A stretch of 64,000 nucleotides of DNA. Source: an uncultured Pseudomonadota bacterium (GTDB lineage: Bacteria; Bacillota; Sulfobacillia; JAUYEF01). The position numbers and the translations under genes were made by a program. Below the pieces are notes generated by a model. The model had not been told where the DNA came from, ran no database searches, and saw only the letters and a program-made list of their open reading frames with translations. The first letter of the stretch is position 1, and every line of letters begins with the position of its first letter. Positions 7,879-17,970 of the stretch are shown in pieces. The stretch is taken from NCBI GenBank assembly GCA_964417635.1, contig CAYQIY010000009.1:24675-88674 (forward strand), given 5' to 3'.

Positions 7879-9582
7879 ATGGAACTCTTGATAAAGCACG
7901 CCAGGATAGTTGACGGTACAGGCGCCCCATGGTTTCGCGGGTGCATAGGTATTCGAGATGACAAGATTGCGCACGTGGGAGAGATAGTGCCCAACGGCGC
8001 GACTGTTATCGATGCCCAAGACCAGATCGTGTCGCCCGGGTTCATCGACATGCATGGCCATTCGGATTACCTTATACTCGGTAACCCAACCGCCGACAGC
8101 AAGGTACTCCAAGGCATCACAACCGAAGTAGCCGGCACGTGCGGCTATTCTTGTGCTCCCATAGGCGAAAACTTCTTTCACGAGTGGTGGGTCGAAGACA
8201 TCAGGAAAAGATTCACGGTTACGGATAAGGCTACTGGAGTCGAGATGCTGAATAGACACGGAATCTGCCTGAGTTGGACACAGCTCTCGCAGTACCTCGA
8301 TACGCTCGACACCACGAAGCCATCACTCAACTATCTGACGTTTATGGGGCATGTGGCACTTCGGGTTGGGGTTACCGGGCAGTTCGAGAAGAAGCCTTCT
8401 GAAGCCGAGTTGCTTGAGATGAGACAGATACTCAGAGATGGCATGCGCGCTGGCGCACTTGGGTTCAGCACCGAATCCGGCACACATCGCAAAATGGAAT
8501 TGCCGGATGAAGAGCTGCTCCACTTTTTTGCGGAGACAGCTTCGCTCGGAGGCCGTGTGGCATACCACATAAAGGACTACGGCGATAAAGCGCTTGAAGA
8601 ACTAGAACACAGTCTTGACCTCGTGAGCCGAGCGGGTGTCAAGACCATACTGTCCCACCTGAACGTAAACGGTAGGGAAAACTGGGGTAAAGCCGTCTAC
8701 ATGATGGAATGTGTCGAAAAGGCACGCATGTCTGGCCGCGAAATCTGGGCTGATGTAATGCCCTGTCCGGGCGGTGGCGAAGCGCTGTTCTATACTCCTC
8801 GAGCAACCGATCTGCTGCCACAATGGGTTGCACAGATGGAACCAGATGAGATACGAAACACGCTGAAAGACCCCGCAAAGCGCGAACAGATCAGACTGCA
8901 GCTCAAAGAAGGCCAGGCATCTGATTTCTACTACGTGCCGGGCACGGGTGAGACAGAAGCTTACGGCAGAGGGCCGCTGGCCGACGCGCACTGGCCTTAC
9001 TATGTTCGCATCCAAAGGAGTGACGTGCCCGGTGTTGAAGGACGTACGGTTAGGCAGATTGCCGATCGCACAGGCGAGTCTCCGCTTGATACGCTGTTCA
9101 GGATAATCCAGCAAGATCCGTACACGTACAAGTTCATCTCAAAGGAGAGTCAAGAAGATCGAGACGTGTTCATATGCCACCCGCTCACAGGGTTTGGAAC
9201 TGATGGCGGCCTCGTAAACGCCATTCGACGGCCGGGTATAGCAAACCCTACTCTCTACTCTGTGTTTCCGTACGTGCTCAAAGAATACGTACGAGAGAAG
9301 CAAATGATACCGCTTGAAGAAGCAATCCGCAAGATGACGAGCCTAGGTATGGCGGCTCACGGCATACGTGACAGGGGAATACTGGCGCGAGGCTATCATG
9401 CAGACATTGTGGTTTTCGACCCGGACACCATAGGCCCGAGAATCGACTATGAGCGACCCATGCCAATGCCTCCGTGTACCGGAATTGACACGGTCATAGT
9501 CAACGGTGAGGTGACAGTACGCGAAGGTGCGCATCTTGGCACGCGTGCCGGACGAGTGCTGAGACACGCCTGTTCGTCTTAA
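7879..9582 (+). CDS. D-aminoacylase / N-acyl-D-amino-acid deacylase family amidohydrolase (copy 1)
   Basis: 'IVDGTGAPWFRGCIGIRDDKI..SPGFIDMHGHSD' N-terminal metal motif. 567 aa. GCAGGAGG RBS. Confidence 0.85.
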   Translation: MELLIKHARIVDGTGAPWFRGCIGIRDDKIAHVGEIVPNGATVIDAQDQIVSPGFIDMHGHSDYLILGNPTADSKVLQGITTEVAGTCGYSCAPIGENFFHEWWVEDIRKRFTVTDKATGVEMLNRHGICLSWTQLSQYLDTLDTTKPSLNYLTFMGHVALRVGVTGQFEKKPSEAELLEMRQILRDGMRAGALGFSTESGTHRKMELPDEELLHFFAETASLGGRVAYHIKDYGDKALEELEHSLDLVSRAGVKTILSHLNVNGRENWGKAVYMMECVEKARMSGREIWADVMPCPGGGEALFYTPRATDLLPQWVAQMEPDEIRNTLKDPAKREQIRLQLKEGQASDFYYVPGTGETEAYGRGPLADAHWPYYVRIQRSDVPGVEGRTVRQIADRTGESPLDTLFRIIQQDPYTYKFISKESQEDRDVFICHPLTGFGTDGGLVNAIRRPGIANPTLYSVFPYVLKEYVREKQMIPLEEAIRKMTSLGMAAHGIRDRGILARGYHADIVVFDPDTIGPRIDYERPMPMPPCTGIDTVIVNGEVTVREGAHLGTRAGRVLRHACSS

Positions 9583-10832
9583 CGCTCTGGTAGGCTCCCA
9601 TGCCTAACGTAGTGAGCAGCATCTTCGTACAGCGCCTCGGGCACCGAGGCGTGTTCTTTTATGGCTGCTTCGTCAGCCAAGCGATACACAAGTGCGTGCA
9701 CGTACTCGTAGTCTTGCTCCAGCGCTTCTGTGGAGAGCCAGTGCACACCGTCTTGTGGCGTATGCCGTACAGCCGCCTTACCGTATCTGGCTATGCTTAC
9801 TGCAGGAATTCGTCGAGCTGTGAAATGCGCATCATCACTACCCATGATTCCTTGGCCGACACTCACGCTTACGCCCACTGCTCTCGCCGCATCTCGGGCC
9901 AGTGAAAGCACGGCTTCGTCGGCCGCGCAACGCGCTTCAGCCATGCCGATGGCGGCACCTACACAATCAACATTTACGCCGGCCACGACTTTGGCATGCT
10001 CGCTCAGTTGAGCAACAAGGTGCGCAGAGCCTTTGAGTCCGAGCTCTTCGCAGCCTAGAAATGCGAGCATCACGCTGCGGCGCGCAGGTCGATTCGCCAA
10101 AGACTGCGCGAGTTTGAGCAGCAGCGCACAGCCGCTTGCATTGTCTTCTGCTCCAGGTGATTCGGGAACAGTATCGTAATGCGCCGCCACTATGACCATC
10201 TCATCGGCCAAAACAGTACCTCTCACCATACACGTTATATTCTGGCTAAACGAGTCGATAACGTTCTGGTCGACTCGCATGAGTCCCCTAGTAGGCTGCT
10301 TGACCATCCCAAGTGCATCTTCAACCGAAATCCAGCACGCGGCAACAGGCCCGGGCGCTCGAAAACCCGGCGGCAAGAACGACACATTTGGCAGTTGCCT
10401 TCCGGGTTTGTTTATGCATATGAGTCCGTTTGCGCCACACTCGGCAAGCCGCCTGTATACACTGGGCATCCGCCAGTAGTCGTAGTCATACAGCGCTATG
10501 TCGCCGGGTTTTAGCCTGCTTATATCGCAAAGATCGCCTTGCGCGACATACACAATCTCAGCCTCACGCTCCGAGCCGGTGCTGCGGCCTGCTAGTCCGA
10601 CTGCAGTCGTATTGACACGCCTGCATACCGGGCTTGTCAGCACGAGTTGAGCTCGTGCGTCGGTGTAAGTCGTTACTGGAAACTGCTGACGCTCGGGGGT
10701 GAGCCCCAGCTGCAGGAGCCATGCGTATATCATATCGGCGGCTCGTGCTTCGGATGGCAACGCCGACGCTCTCTCAAACGAAAGTTGCCCCACGATGTCC
10801 ATCAGCGTGTTTGTGCTCACGGCATTCTCCAC
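9579..10832 (-). CDS. M28-family aminopeptidase with PA domain
   Basis: 'VVAAHYDTVPESPGAEDNASGCALLL' and 'FLGCEELGLKGS' Zn-ligand blocks. Last gene of the importer operon. Start uncertain (GTG 10832 or 10820). Confidence 0.8.
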   Translation of the reverse strand: MENAVSTNTLMDIVGQLSFERASALPSEARAADMIYAWLLQLGLTPERQQFPVTTYTDARAQLVLTSPVCRRVNTTAVGLAGRSTGSEREAEIVYVAQGDLCDISRLKPGDIALYDYDYWRMPSVYRRLAECGANGLICINKPGRQLPNVSFLPPGFRAPGPVAACWISVEDALGMVKQPTRGLMRVDQNVIDSFSQNITCMVRGTVLADEMVIVAAHYDTVPESPGAEDNASGCALLLKLAQSLANRPARRSVMLAFLGCEELGLKGSAHLVAQLSEHAKVVAGVNVDCVGAAIGMAEARCAADEAVLSLARDAARAVGVSVSVGQGIMGSDDAHFTARRIPAVSIARYGKAAVRHTPQDGVHWLSTEALEQDYEYVHALVYRLADEAAIKEHASVPEALYEDAAHYVRHGSLPER

Positions 10833-10846
10833 TTAAGGTTGGTGGC

Positions 10847-11695
10847 CTACTCGGTGTTCACCATCTTCGGATCGAACGCTTCTCTGAGTCCGTCACCTAC
10901 AAAGTTGAGCGAAAGCACTGTCAGCACGATCGCCAAGCCTGGGAACGCGGTGAGCCACGGGCCGGTACGCAGATACGCCTTTCCCGTGTGAAGAATGTTG
11001 CCCCAGGTTGCCTCGGGCGGCCTTACGCCAACACCGAGATAGCTGAGCGCAGACTCGGTCAGAATCGCGGTGGCCACGCCGAACGTCGCGGACACGATTA
11101 TCGGGCCCATTGCGTTAGGAAGCATGTGCTTGTACATTATCCTGCGGGCGCTTGCGCCTATTGACATAGCACTCTGCACAAAATCGCGCTCTCTCAACGT
11201 CAAGAACTCGCCGCGCACCAATCGTGCGACATGCGTCCACCTGGTAAGCCCTATGACAAGCACTATGTTTGTGGTGCTGGGTCCGACAAACGCCACAAGC
11301 ATCAGGATCAAAAAGAACGATGGAAAGCATATCACGATATCCGTGAACCGCATCAACACGTTATCAACAGCTCCGCCAAAGTGACCTGCCACAGCGCCTA
11401 TTGCTATGCCGAGGACTATCATGAAAACCGCCGAAACAGCGCCTATGGTCAGCGAAATGCGCGATCCAAACAGGATGCGGCTCAGCAGGTCGCGACCAAG
11501 AAGGTCAGTGCCGAGTAAGTGCTTTGAAGATGGTGGAGCCAGCATGTTGTCAAGATCCGTCGCATTGGGTGGGAAAGGCGCTACCCACGGAGCAAAAATC
11601 GCCCCAATGCACATTATCAGTAGCAGCACTATGCCCACGACGGCAGCTCTGTTGCGCATAAAACGCTTCCAAATCCGTTTTTGCTCATCAGACAT
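10847..11695 (-). CDS. Peptide/nickel ABC transporter permease (DppC/OppC-like)
   Basis: ATG 11695 lies 9 nt after AGGGGTG ('MSDEQKRIWKRFMRNR'). EAA-loop region 'SAMSIGASARRIMYKHMLPN'. Confidence 0.85.
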   Translation of the reverse strand: MSDEQKRIWKRFMRNRAAVVGIVLLLIMCIGAIFAPWVAPFPPNATDLDNMLAPPSSKHLLGTDLLGRDLLSRILFGSRISLTIGAVSAVFMIVLGIAIGAVAGHFGGAVDNVLMRFTDIVICFPSFFLILMLVAFVGPSTTNIVLVIGLTRWTHVARLVRGEFLTLRERDFVQSAMSIGASARRIMYKHMLPNAMGPIIVSATFGVATAILTESALSYLGVGVRPPEATWGNILHTGKAYLRTGPWLTAFPGLAIVLTVLSLNFVGDGLREAFDPKMVNTE

Positions 11696-11726
11696 GTGCA
11701 GCAACACCCCTATCTATTAGGCATAG

Positions 11727-12683
11727 TTAGTCGTATCGAATGCGAGGATCAAGAGCCGCATAGGCAATGTCTGCACCCAGGTTGGAAATCAGCACCATAA
11801 ACACGGTGATAAGGTTGATCCCCATAATGAGAGGGTAGTCGCGCGAGAACACAGCGTTCACGCCGAGCCTGCCCATACCGGGCCAGGCAAACACGCTTTC
11901 TACGATGAACGATCCGCTGAACATCACCGGGATAAAGAACGCCAGCATCGTGACCACAGAAATCAGAGCGTTACGCAGCACGTGTTTGTAGACCACGACT
12001 CTCTCTGAAAGCCCCTTTGATCTTGCAGTTCGCACGTAATCTTCCTTGAGTGTCTCGACCATGCTCGACCTCATGTATCGTGTGATCTGTGCCATACTGC
12101 CGCTGGCAAGCACCAATGAAGGCATTATGAGGTGTCTTATGCGGTCTGCCACAGAAAACGGGACACCTATAGATGACATGCCCGTGGCAGGAAGAATGTC
12201 CAAATAGACTGCGAAAAACCACATGAGCATGAGCCCAAACCAAAAGGCCGGCATCGACACCCCTATATACACAAGAAGAGATACTATATGGTCGGCAATG
12301 GTGTCCTTGTGCAGCGACACCCAAACACCTGCCGGTATTCCTATGGCAACTGCCAAGAACAGCGCTACACCCATGAGCAAAATGGTATTCGGCAGCCGGG
12401 AAGCGATCAAAGATATTACAGGTTGGTGATGCAGGTATGAAACACCAAAATCACCTTGTACTAGCCTTCCCAGCCACATAACATATTGCACAGGCACAGG
12501 CCTATCGAGCCCCCGCAGCTCTTTGATACGTGCAGCGTCTTCCGCCGTCACTGTGGCTATCTCCGAGAAGAGCACAGATGTTGGATCTCCGGGTGCAAGA
12601 TAGATTACACCGAATTGTATAATGGTGATTATCAGCATCATAACAGGCAGCGTCAAGAGCCTGCGAGCCAGGTAACTCTTCAA
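11727..12683 (-). CDS. Peptide/nickel ABC transporter permease (DppB/OppB-like)
   Basis: TTG 12683 follows GGTGGAGG and gives the canonical N-terminus '(M)KSYLARRLL'. 'YVRTARSKGLSERVVVYKHVLRNA'. The ORF-track ATG at 12785 adds a non-homologous 34 aa. Confidence 0.85.
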   Translation of the reverse strand: MKSYLARRLLTLPVMMLIITIIQFGVIYLAPGDPTSVLFSEIATVTAEDAARIKELRGLDRPVPVQYVMWLGRLVQGDFGVSYLHHQPVISLIASRLPNTILLMGVALFLAVAIGIPAGVWVSLHKDTIADHIVSLLVYIGVSMPAFWFGLMLMWFFAVYLDILPATGMSSIGVPFSVADRIRHLIMPSLVLASGSMAQITRYMRSSMVETLKEDYVRTARSKGLSERVVVYKHVLRNALISVVTMLAFFIPVMFSGSFIVESVFAWPGMGRLGVNAVFSRDYPLIMGINLITVFMVLISNLGADIAYAALDPRIRYD

Positions 12684-12797
12684 ACCTCCACCCCCATCGA
12701 ACGTGCAGTCGGCCGTGGTCGGCCGGATACCCGGCCATACGTAGCCTGGATGCCCCGCGGTAGACAACACAGGACATCCAGGCACGAGATCTTCTGG

Positions 12798-14450
12798 TTA
12801 CTTGGGCTCGATCCACCATTCGTGAATGTTGTATTCAAACGTGTCGTTGTCGCTGCGGCCTCCGAACGGCTTGAGTTCGATGCCCTTTATGTGACTACGG
12901 TAAGCAGTATGCAGGTCACGCAGCGAGAGAAATCCGTACGGCACTTCCTCAGCCACGATTTCCTGTATCTCCTTGTAGTACTCAGCTCGCTTTGCGATGT
13001 CAGTGGTAACTCTGGCGAGCTGGTATAGCTCGTCCACCCTGGCGTTAGAGAAGCCAGAGGTATTTCGCCCGCCGTCCGTTACGAACTGGTTGAGCGACTC
13101 GTCGGGGTCAAACGGCACCGCGAACCCGAACAAGCCTACCTGATGCTCTTTGTTCATCAACCGTTGGCTCCAGTATGTGGACACCTCGTAAATTGCCAGT
13201 TCTACGTCCATGCCGACCGCTTTCCACATCTCCTGCAGAATCTCGTTTGTGGCAGAACGCCGCAGGTTACCGGAGTGCGTGCAGAGTTCGAACTTGAGAG
13301 GCACTCCGTTCTTCTCCCTTATGCCCGTGTTGGGGTTGAGTTTCCATCCCGCGTCGTCCAGCACTTTTGCGGCTTGAGCCGGATCAAACGGATACTTCTT
13401 GATGTTCTGGCTCGCGAAAACACTCTGAGGGTTGATGTACGAATCCATGTTAGTGCCCGCGCCTCGTAACACTGCTCTCGCGATCGCATCTTTGTCGGTT
13501 GCAAGCATTATGGCCTGACGCACTGCCTTGTCATCAAGAGGTGGCTTTGTGGTGTTGAAAAACAGCGTGTCCATGAAAAGCCCGGGGCGCTGCAGTATCG
13601 TAGTATTTGGTATGGCTTCGACGAGGTCTCGCTGCCGCGCGTCGAAGAATATAAGGTCGGCGCGTCCCGCCTCATAAGTCATGACAATGGCATCGATATC
13701 CGGCACTATCGAGTAAACCAGTCGGTCTATGTTGGGCCTTCCAAGGAAGTAGTCGTCAAACGCAACAAGCTCGACCCTGTCTCCTGAAAGCCACTTGTCA
13801 AACTTGAACGGGCCTGTGCCGACAGGATTTCTGTTGAACGGATGGTTCGCCATTGCTTTGCCAATTCCGTCTTTCAACAGGTGTTCGGGCGTAATCCTCA
13901 GATCGAGGTTCATAAGAAACGGTGCAAAAGGCTCTTCTAGCGTAAACTCGACGGTAAAATCATCGATTACCTTCACTTCTTTAACAGGGTCACCGTGCGT
14001 AGCCTTCCTGTGCCCGAGATACTCGGGATGCATGATGATGTCGAACGTGTGCTTAACGTCCTTTGCGGTGAAGCGCTCGCCATCATGCCATTTCACGTCT
14101 TCTCTCAGCTTGAACGTCCACACTTTTCCGTCTTGGCTAACCTCCCAGGATTTGGCGAGGTCGGGTATGGGCTGTCCATCTTCTGGGCTGAGCCTAATCA
14201 AACCGTTGAACATGTGGCGCACGAAACTCTCCCCGGATCCGCCGGGCGTAAATAGGTGGGGATTGAGGTGTTCCGCATCCACGAAAGAAAGTTGCACAAG
14301 TGTTCCGCCTCTAACGGGTCCATCCTCACTAGGTGCAGGACCCGGCGACGGCGCGGGCGCTGGTGTTGGCGGCTTCTGACCGCAGGCGCTTAGCATAGCC
14401 ACTACCAGCAGTAGTACAATAGCCAATGCGAATATCGACTTTCTGTGCAT
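12798..14450 (-). CDS. ABC transporter substrate-binding lipoprotein, family 5 (peptide/nickel)
   Basis: Signal peptide with lipobox 'MLSAC'. 550 aa with SBP_bac_5-like blocks. AAGGAGGA RBS. Confidence 0.85.
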   Translation of the reverse strand: MHRKSIFALAIVLLLVVAMLSACGQKPPTPAPAPSPGPAPSEDGPVRGGTLVQLSFVDAEHLNPHLFTPGGSGESFVRHMFNGLIRLSPEDGQPIPDLAKSWEVSQDGKVWTFKLREDVKWHDGERFTAKDVKHTFDIIMHPEYLGHRKATHGDPVKEVKVIDDFTVEFTLEEPFAPFLMNLDLRITPEHLLKDGIGKAMANHPFNRNPVGTGPFKFDKWLSGDRVELVAFDDYFLGRPNIDRLVYSIVPDIDAIVMTYEAGRADLIFFDARQRDLVEAIPNTTILQRPGLFMDTLFFNTTKPPLDDKAVRQAIMLATDKDAIARAVLRGAGTNMDSYINPQSVFASQNIKKYPFDPAQAAKVLDDAGWKLNPNTGIREKNGVPLKFELCTHSGNLRRSATNEILQEMWKAVGMDVELAIYEVSTYWSQRLMNKEHQVGLFGFAVPFDPDESLNQFVTDGGRNTSGFSNARVDELYQLARVTTDIAKRAEYYKEIQEIVAEEVPYGFLSLRDLHTAYRSHIKGIELKPFGGRSDNDTFEYNIHEWWIEPK

Positions 14451-14569
14451 CCATTCATCCTCCTTAGTGTTTTCACAAAAACATCACATATCTGGTCAAT
14501 AATGATTCAACTCAATCCTCACAATTCCTGCAAATCTCCTTTACCAACGGAGTGGTTCCCCTACGCCTC

Positions 14570-16309
14570 TCAGGTACATGCCCTGCGAAGCACGTGTCCA
14601 GGTCTGCAACCTGTGAGAGTTGATTCGGAGACAACTGCCTCTCCGTTCACGAAGACCCATTCAAATCCGCGCGGGTAGCGTCTTGGCTCGACATAGTCTC
14701 CAGTCTCGGACACTTCTTCGGGGCTGAACACTACCACATCCGCTTTGTATCCAGGAGCGAGCACACCCCTGTCACTCAATCCGGCTACGCTTGCAGGTAG
14801 TCCCGTCATTTTGTGCACTGTTTCTTCAATCCCCAAAGTGGTTTGCCCGTACTTGCGAATGAACGTCGCCATGCCGCCAAACGCTCCGGGATCGGGCAAC
14901 AGATAGGGCGGCACGCGCACCTCCCATCCAAGATCGCACGTTATGGCATCGACTCCCGGCATCGCCTTCGGATGGCTGAAGAATATTCGCTTGGTGAGAT
15001 ATGAACTTCCTGAGCTGGCACTGCGAATTCTGGGGTCCCGTGTAATCAAGTGCATGAGGGTGTCAAGAGCACTCGAGTTTTGCTCTAAACTGATCTCGTG
15101 CAGTGTTCTACCGACATACTCTGCGCAATCTGACTCGATGATGCGCACCGAGTGCGCCCAGCCCGGGTTGGTTACCGGGTTGAGGTAGAACCATTTACCG
15201 GAGGTGATATACTCGCGGATATCATCTTGAACCTCCGGTCTGCGCAGGTTAATCGCCAGCTGCTCAAGACTCCCGGACACTTTGAGCCACGGTGTCAGCA
15301 TGGAAGCCATGTACTTGCCGTAAAACCCACCGCCGTCAGATGGAATGCAGTCGAAAGATATCTCAATGCCCTGCGATGCAGCCTCATCAATCATGGCAAG
15401 CGTCTCTTCCGCTATGAGCGCGCTGAGCCGTTCGGTGGGAGCTGGCCAGACGGAGTATGCAGCGCTCAAGTGAGATACCTGAAGTCTCGCACCAGCCTTC
15501 TCGGCTATGTCTATGGCTTCGCGCAATCCGTCGGCGAGCACCGGCTTTCCGGTAGGCGGCCTAAGGTCTCGCCTGCGCCAGTGAGACGCGAACCACCCGC
15601 CCTTCTTGACCGCTTCAGCTATTACCTCATAAGATTCATTGCTGCAGGAGTAGTTGTTTGGCGCATAATCCAAGCCGTTGGATATCCCAAGAGCGCCTTC
15701 TTCCATCGCACGAGCCGCATACCACTTCATCAGCCGGATCTCTTCGGCGCTTGCACCTCGCCTCCAGTCACGCCCCATGACGGCCGTGCGAATTGTGCCG
15801 TGCCCGACAAGCACGCCCAAGTTCACCGCAGGTCGCGAGTTCTCGACACGTTCAAGAAACTCCGCGAGACTTTTCCAGTCGATATCCACACCGTCAACTT
15901 CCATCGATGCCTTCCTGACGTCATCGATGTCACCGAGAATCTCCTGGTAGTACTTGGTTGGCGCCACTTTTTCCCACCAGTTCCAGTCCCACCAGTTGCA
16001 GCTGGTGTAGTGCGCAGCCAGAGGCGCAGGCGACAGACCACAATTGCCACCGATGCACGTGGTGATGCCTTGGGCCACACAACTTTGGGCGCCAGGGAAA
16101 AGCAGAATCGTCTGCTCGGTGTGGGAGTGGATGTCTATGAAGCCTGGGGATACTACTCTGTGCGTTGCATCCAGTGTGCGAGCTGCCTCACACTCCGCAA
16201 GGTCTCCAATCTTTACAATACTGTCACCCGACATGGCCAAATCGGCATTGAAACCAGGCCGACCTGTACCGTCAACCAACGTACCACCACGTATTATCGT
16301 GTCGTACAA
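14570..16309 (-). CDS. D-aminoacylase family amidohydrolase (copy 2)
   Basis: 'IIRGGTLVDGTGRPGF..SPGFIDIHSHTE'. TTG start 7 nt after GGAGG. Confidence 0.85.
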   Translation of the reverse strand: MYDTIIRGGTLVDGTGRPGFNADLAMSGDSIVKIGDLAECEAARTLDATHRVVSPGFIDIHSHTEQTILLFPGAQSCVAQGITTCIGGNCGLSPAPLAAHYTSCNWWDWNWWEKVAPTKYYQEILGDIDDVRKASMEVDGVDIDWKSLAEFLERVENSRPAVNLGVLVGHGTIRTAVMGRDWRRGASAEEIRLMKWYAARAMEEGALGISNGLDYAPNNYSCSNESYEVIAEAVKKGGWFASHWRRRDLRPPTGKPVLADGLREAIDIAEKAGARLQVSHLSAAYSVWPAPTERLSALIAEETLAMIDEAASQGIEISFDCIPSDGGGFYGKYMASMLTPWLKVSGSLEQLAINLRRPEVQDDIREYITSGKWFYLNPVTNPGWAHSVRIIESDCAEYVGRTLHEISLEQNSSALDTLMHLITRDPRIRSASSGSSYLTKRIFFSHPKAMPGVDAITCDLGWEVRVPPYLLPDPGAFGGMATFIRKYGQTTLGIEETVHKMTGLPASVAGLSDRGVLAPGYKADVVVFSPEEVSETGDYVEPRRYPRGFEWVFVNGEAVVSESTLTGCRPGHVLRRACT

Positions 16310-16497
16310 ACGGTCGCCTCCGATCTAAGTGGTATTACAGATATGTTAGGGCGGTCTTACCACTCTGTCAATTAATATCACTACGCGCGTGGGCTTAAAT
16401 GTCCCTAGGCCAAGAACACCAACTTCGTTCCGTGCACCGAAGCAGGACTCCCTCAGCGATCGCAGAAACACAACTGTATCTTGCGGAGGTGATCATA

Positions 16498-17007
16498 GTG
16501 GACGCCATTGAAGCAATCTTGAGCCGAAGGAGTATACGCAAATACCGCTCAGAATCGGTCTCAGCGGACGCCGTTACTACCATTTTGCAGTGCGCAATGG
16601 CCGCACCATCGGCCGTAGACCAGCAACCATGGCGGTTTGTGCTCATCAACGAGCGAGAAGTGCTGGACGGTTGTGCCAGAATACACCCCTACGCGCAGAT
16701 GCTGAAGCAAGCTAGCCTGGCAGTGCTCGTCTGCGGGGATACATCTTCGCTCGCATCTCCCGGCTACTGGCCTCAAGACTGTGCTGCATCCACGCAGAAT
16801 ATGCTGCTTGCAGCGCATGCGCTTGGTCTGGGTACGTGCTGGTGTGGGGTGTATCCGAATGAGCAGCGGGTAGCCGCATTTAGGAAGTTCTTGGGTATAC
16901 CGGATCATGTCGTGCCATTCAGCATTGTGGCAGTGGGCCACGCTTCAGAAGCAAAACCACCCGCAGACCGCTACGATGAATCACTAGTACATATCAACAG
17001 ATGGTAA
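16498..17007 (+). CDS. Nitroreductase-family protein
   Basis: GTG 16498 after GGAGGTG gives '(M)DAIEAILSRRSIRKY'. 'PSAVDQQPW' and 'LAAHALGLGTCW' blocks. Confidence 0.85.
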   Translation: MDAIEAILSRRSIRKYRSESVSADAVTTILQCAMAAPSAVDQQPWRFVLINEREVLDGCARIHPYAQMLKQASLAVLVCGDTSSLASPGYWPQDCAASTQNMLLAAHALGLGTCWCGVYPNEQRVAAFRKFLGIPDHVVPFSIVAVGHASEAKPPADRYDESLVHINRW

Positions 17008-17042
17008 CAGTGCACAGCACAGCATAAATGGGGTGAAGCGGT

Positions 17043-17381
17043 TTGAACACACAGAGAGTAATACTCATCGGCGGCGAGTCACTTGGAAGAGGCGACGCTA
17101 TGCTCGGCGAGATGCTTATGGCAAACTTTCTGCGCCTTGCGGCAGAAGAAGAGAATAGACCTGATGTAATATGCCTGCTTAACTCGGCTGTGCGCATGAC
17201 GGTGCCCGGTCATACCTGTTTTCAGCATATGAAAAACCTTGAATCTCTCGGAACCACAGTCCTTGTCTGCAAGACCTGTCTCGAATACTACGACATTGAA
17301 GAACAGGTTGGGCTGGGCAAGGTGTCCAACATGCACGAGATCCAGTCTCATGCGATCAGTACCCAGACGCTGAGCATCTAA
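17043..17381 (+). CDS. DsrE/DsrF-like protein (resembles the C-terminal domain of YedF-type selenium/sulfur metabolism proteins)
   Basis: 'VILIGGESLGRGDAMLGEMLMANFL..VICLLNSAV..GTTVLVCKTCLEYY..VSNMHEI'. Confidence 0.6.
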   Translation: MNTQRVILIGGESLGRGDAMLGEMLMANFLRLAAEEENRPDVICLLNSAVRMTVPGHTCFQHMKNLESLGTTVLVCKTCLEYYDIEEQVGLGKVSNMHEIQSHAISTQTLSI

Positions 17382-17581
17382 TCCAGCCGTTCCTGCGCTC
17401 CGTAAAACGTGTGCACTCTGCCCGCTGGCTTGCGGTCTGCGTGCCTTACTTCACACTGTTCAGCGTCGTGTAGCAGCCTGTAAAACCGACCACAGACAAT
17501 ACACACGTAGCCATGCTCTTGTACAAGGTTACCCAAAAAACCGCGCCTGTTACGGGCTGCAATTGCGGGCAATCGAATCAC
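17378..17581 (-). CDS. Small hypothetical protein with C-x2-C-x12-C-x3-H zinc-finger-like spacing
   Basis: GTG-initiated 67-aa ORF, 'YVCIVCGRFYRLLHDAEQCEVRH'. Poor RBS. Overlaps the convergent gene by 4 nt. Confidence 0.2.
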   Translation of the reverse strand: MIRLPAIAARNRRGFLGNLVQEHGYVCIVCGRFYRLLHDAEQCEVRHADRKPAGRVHTFYGAQERLD

Positions 17582-17970
17582 CCTTTCTTATGTATGTGCG
17601 AGGCGCCTACTAGAGTCATGGTTGAGTCTACTATCTGGAGCGCCTCATAGGAATCACCCATAAGGGTGATTTTCCGCGGAAAAAGAATGTCCGCGCTGAT
17701 TCGCCACATCTGCAGCGGCATTTCCGAAATATACCTTATTTCTATAATATTGCTCCTATCCACGCAGTGTTTTATCTGCCCCAGCGCCAGCCTATGTTAC
17801 AGGACGAGTTTCACTTATCCCGATAATAGTATAGTATACATGACGATTTATGCTAAATCACGCCCAATTCGCTCGACATTTTCGCCCACGTTTCGACAAA
17901 CGGTTCACTGATACAGCCACGAAGGGAAACTACTGTGCACAGAGTATCTAATGGGAGAGGAGGTGCACCA

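Noticed and set aside
15152-16375. 407-aa plus-strand ORF
   Set aside because: It is antisense to the D-aminoacylase at 14570-16309, Arg/Pro-rich, and has no RBS or motif.
17582-17970. FMN or other riboswitch upstream of the flavin oxidoreductase
   Set aside because: I could not find the conserved FMN-element core sequences or any other riboswitch signature by eye. The question is left as a low-interest finding instead.
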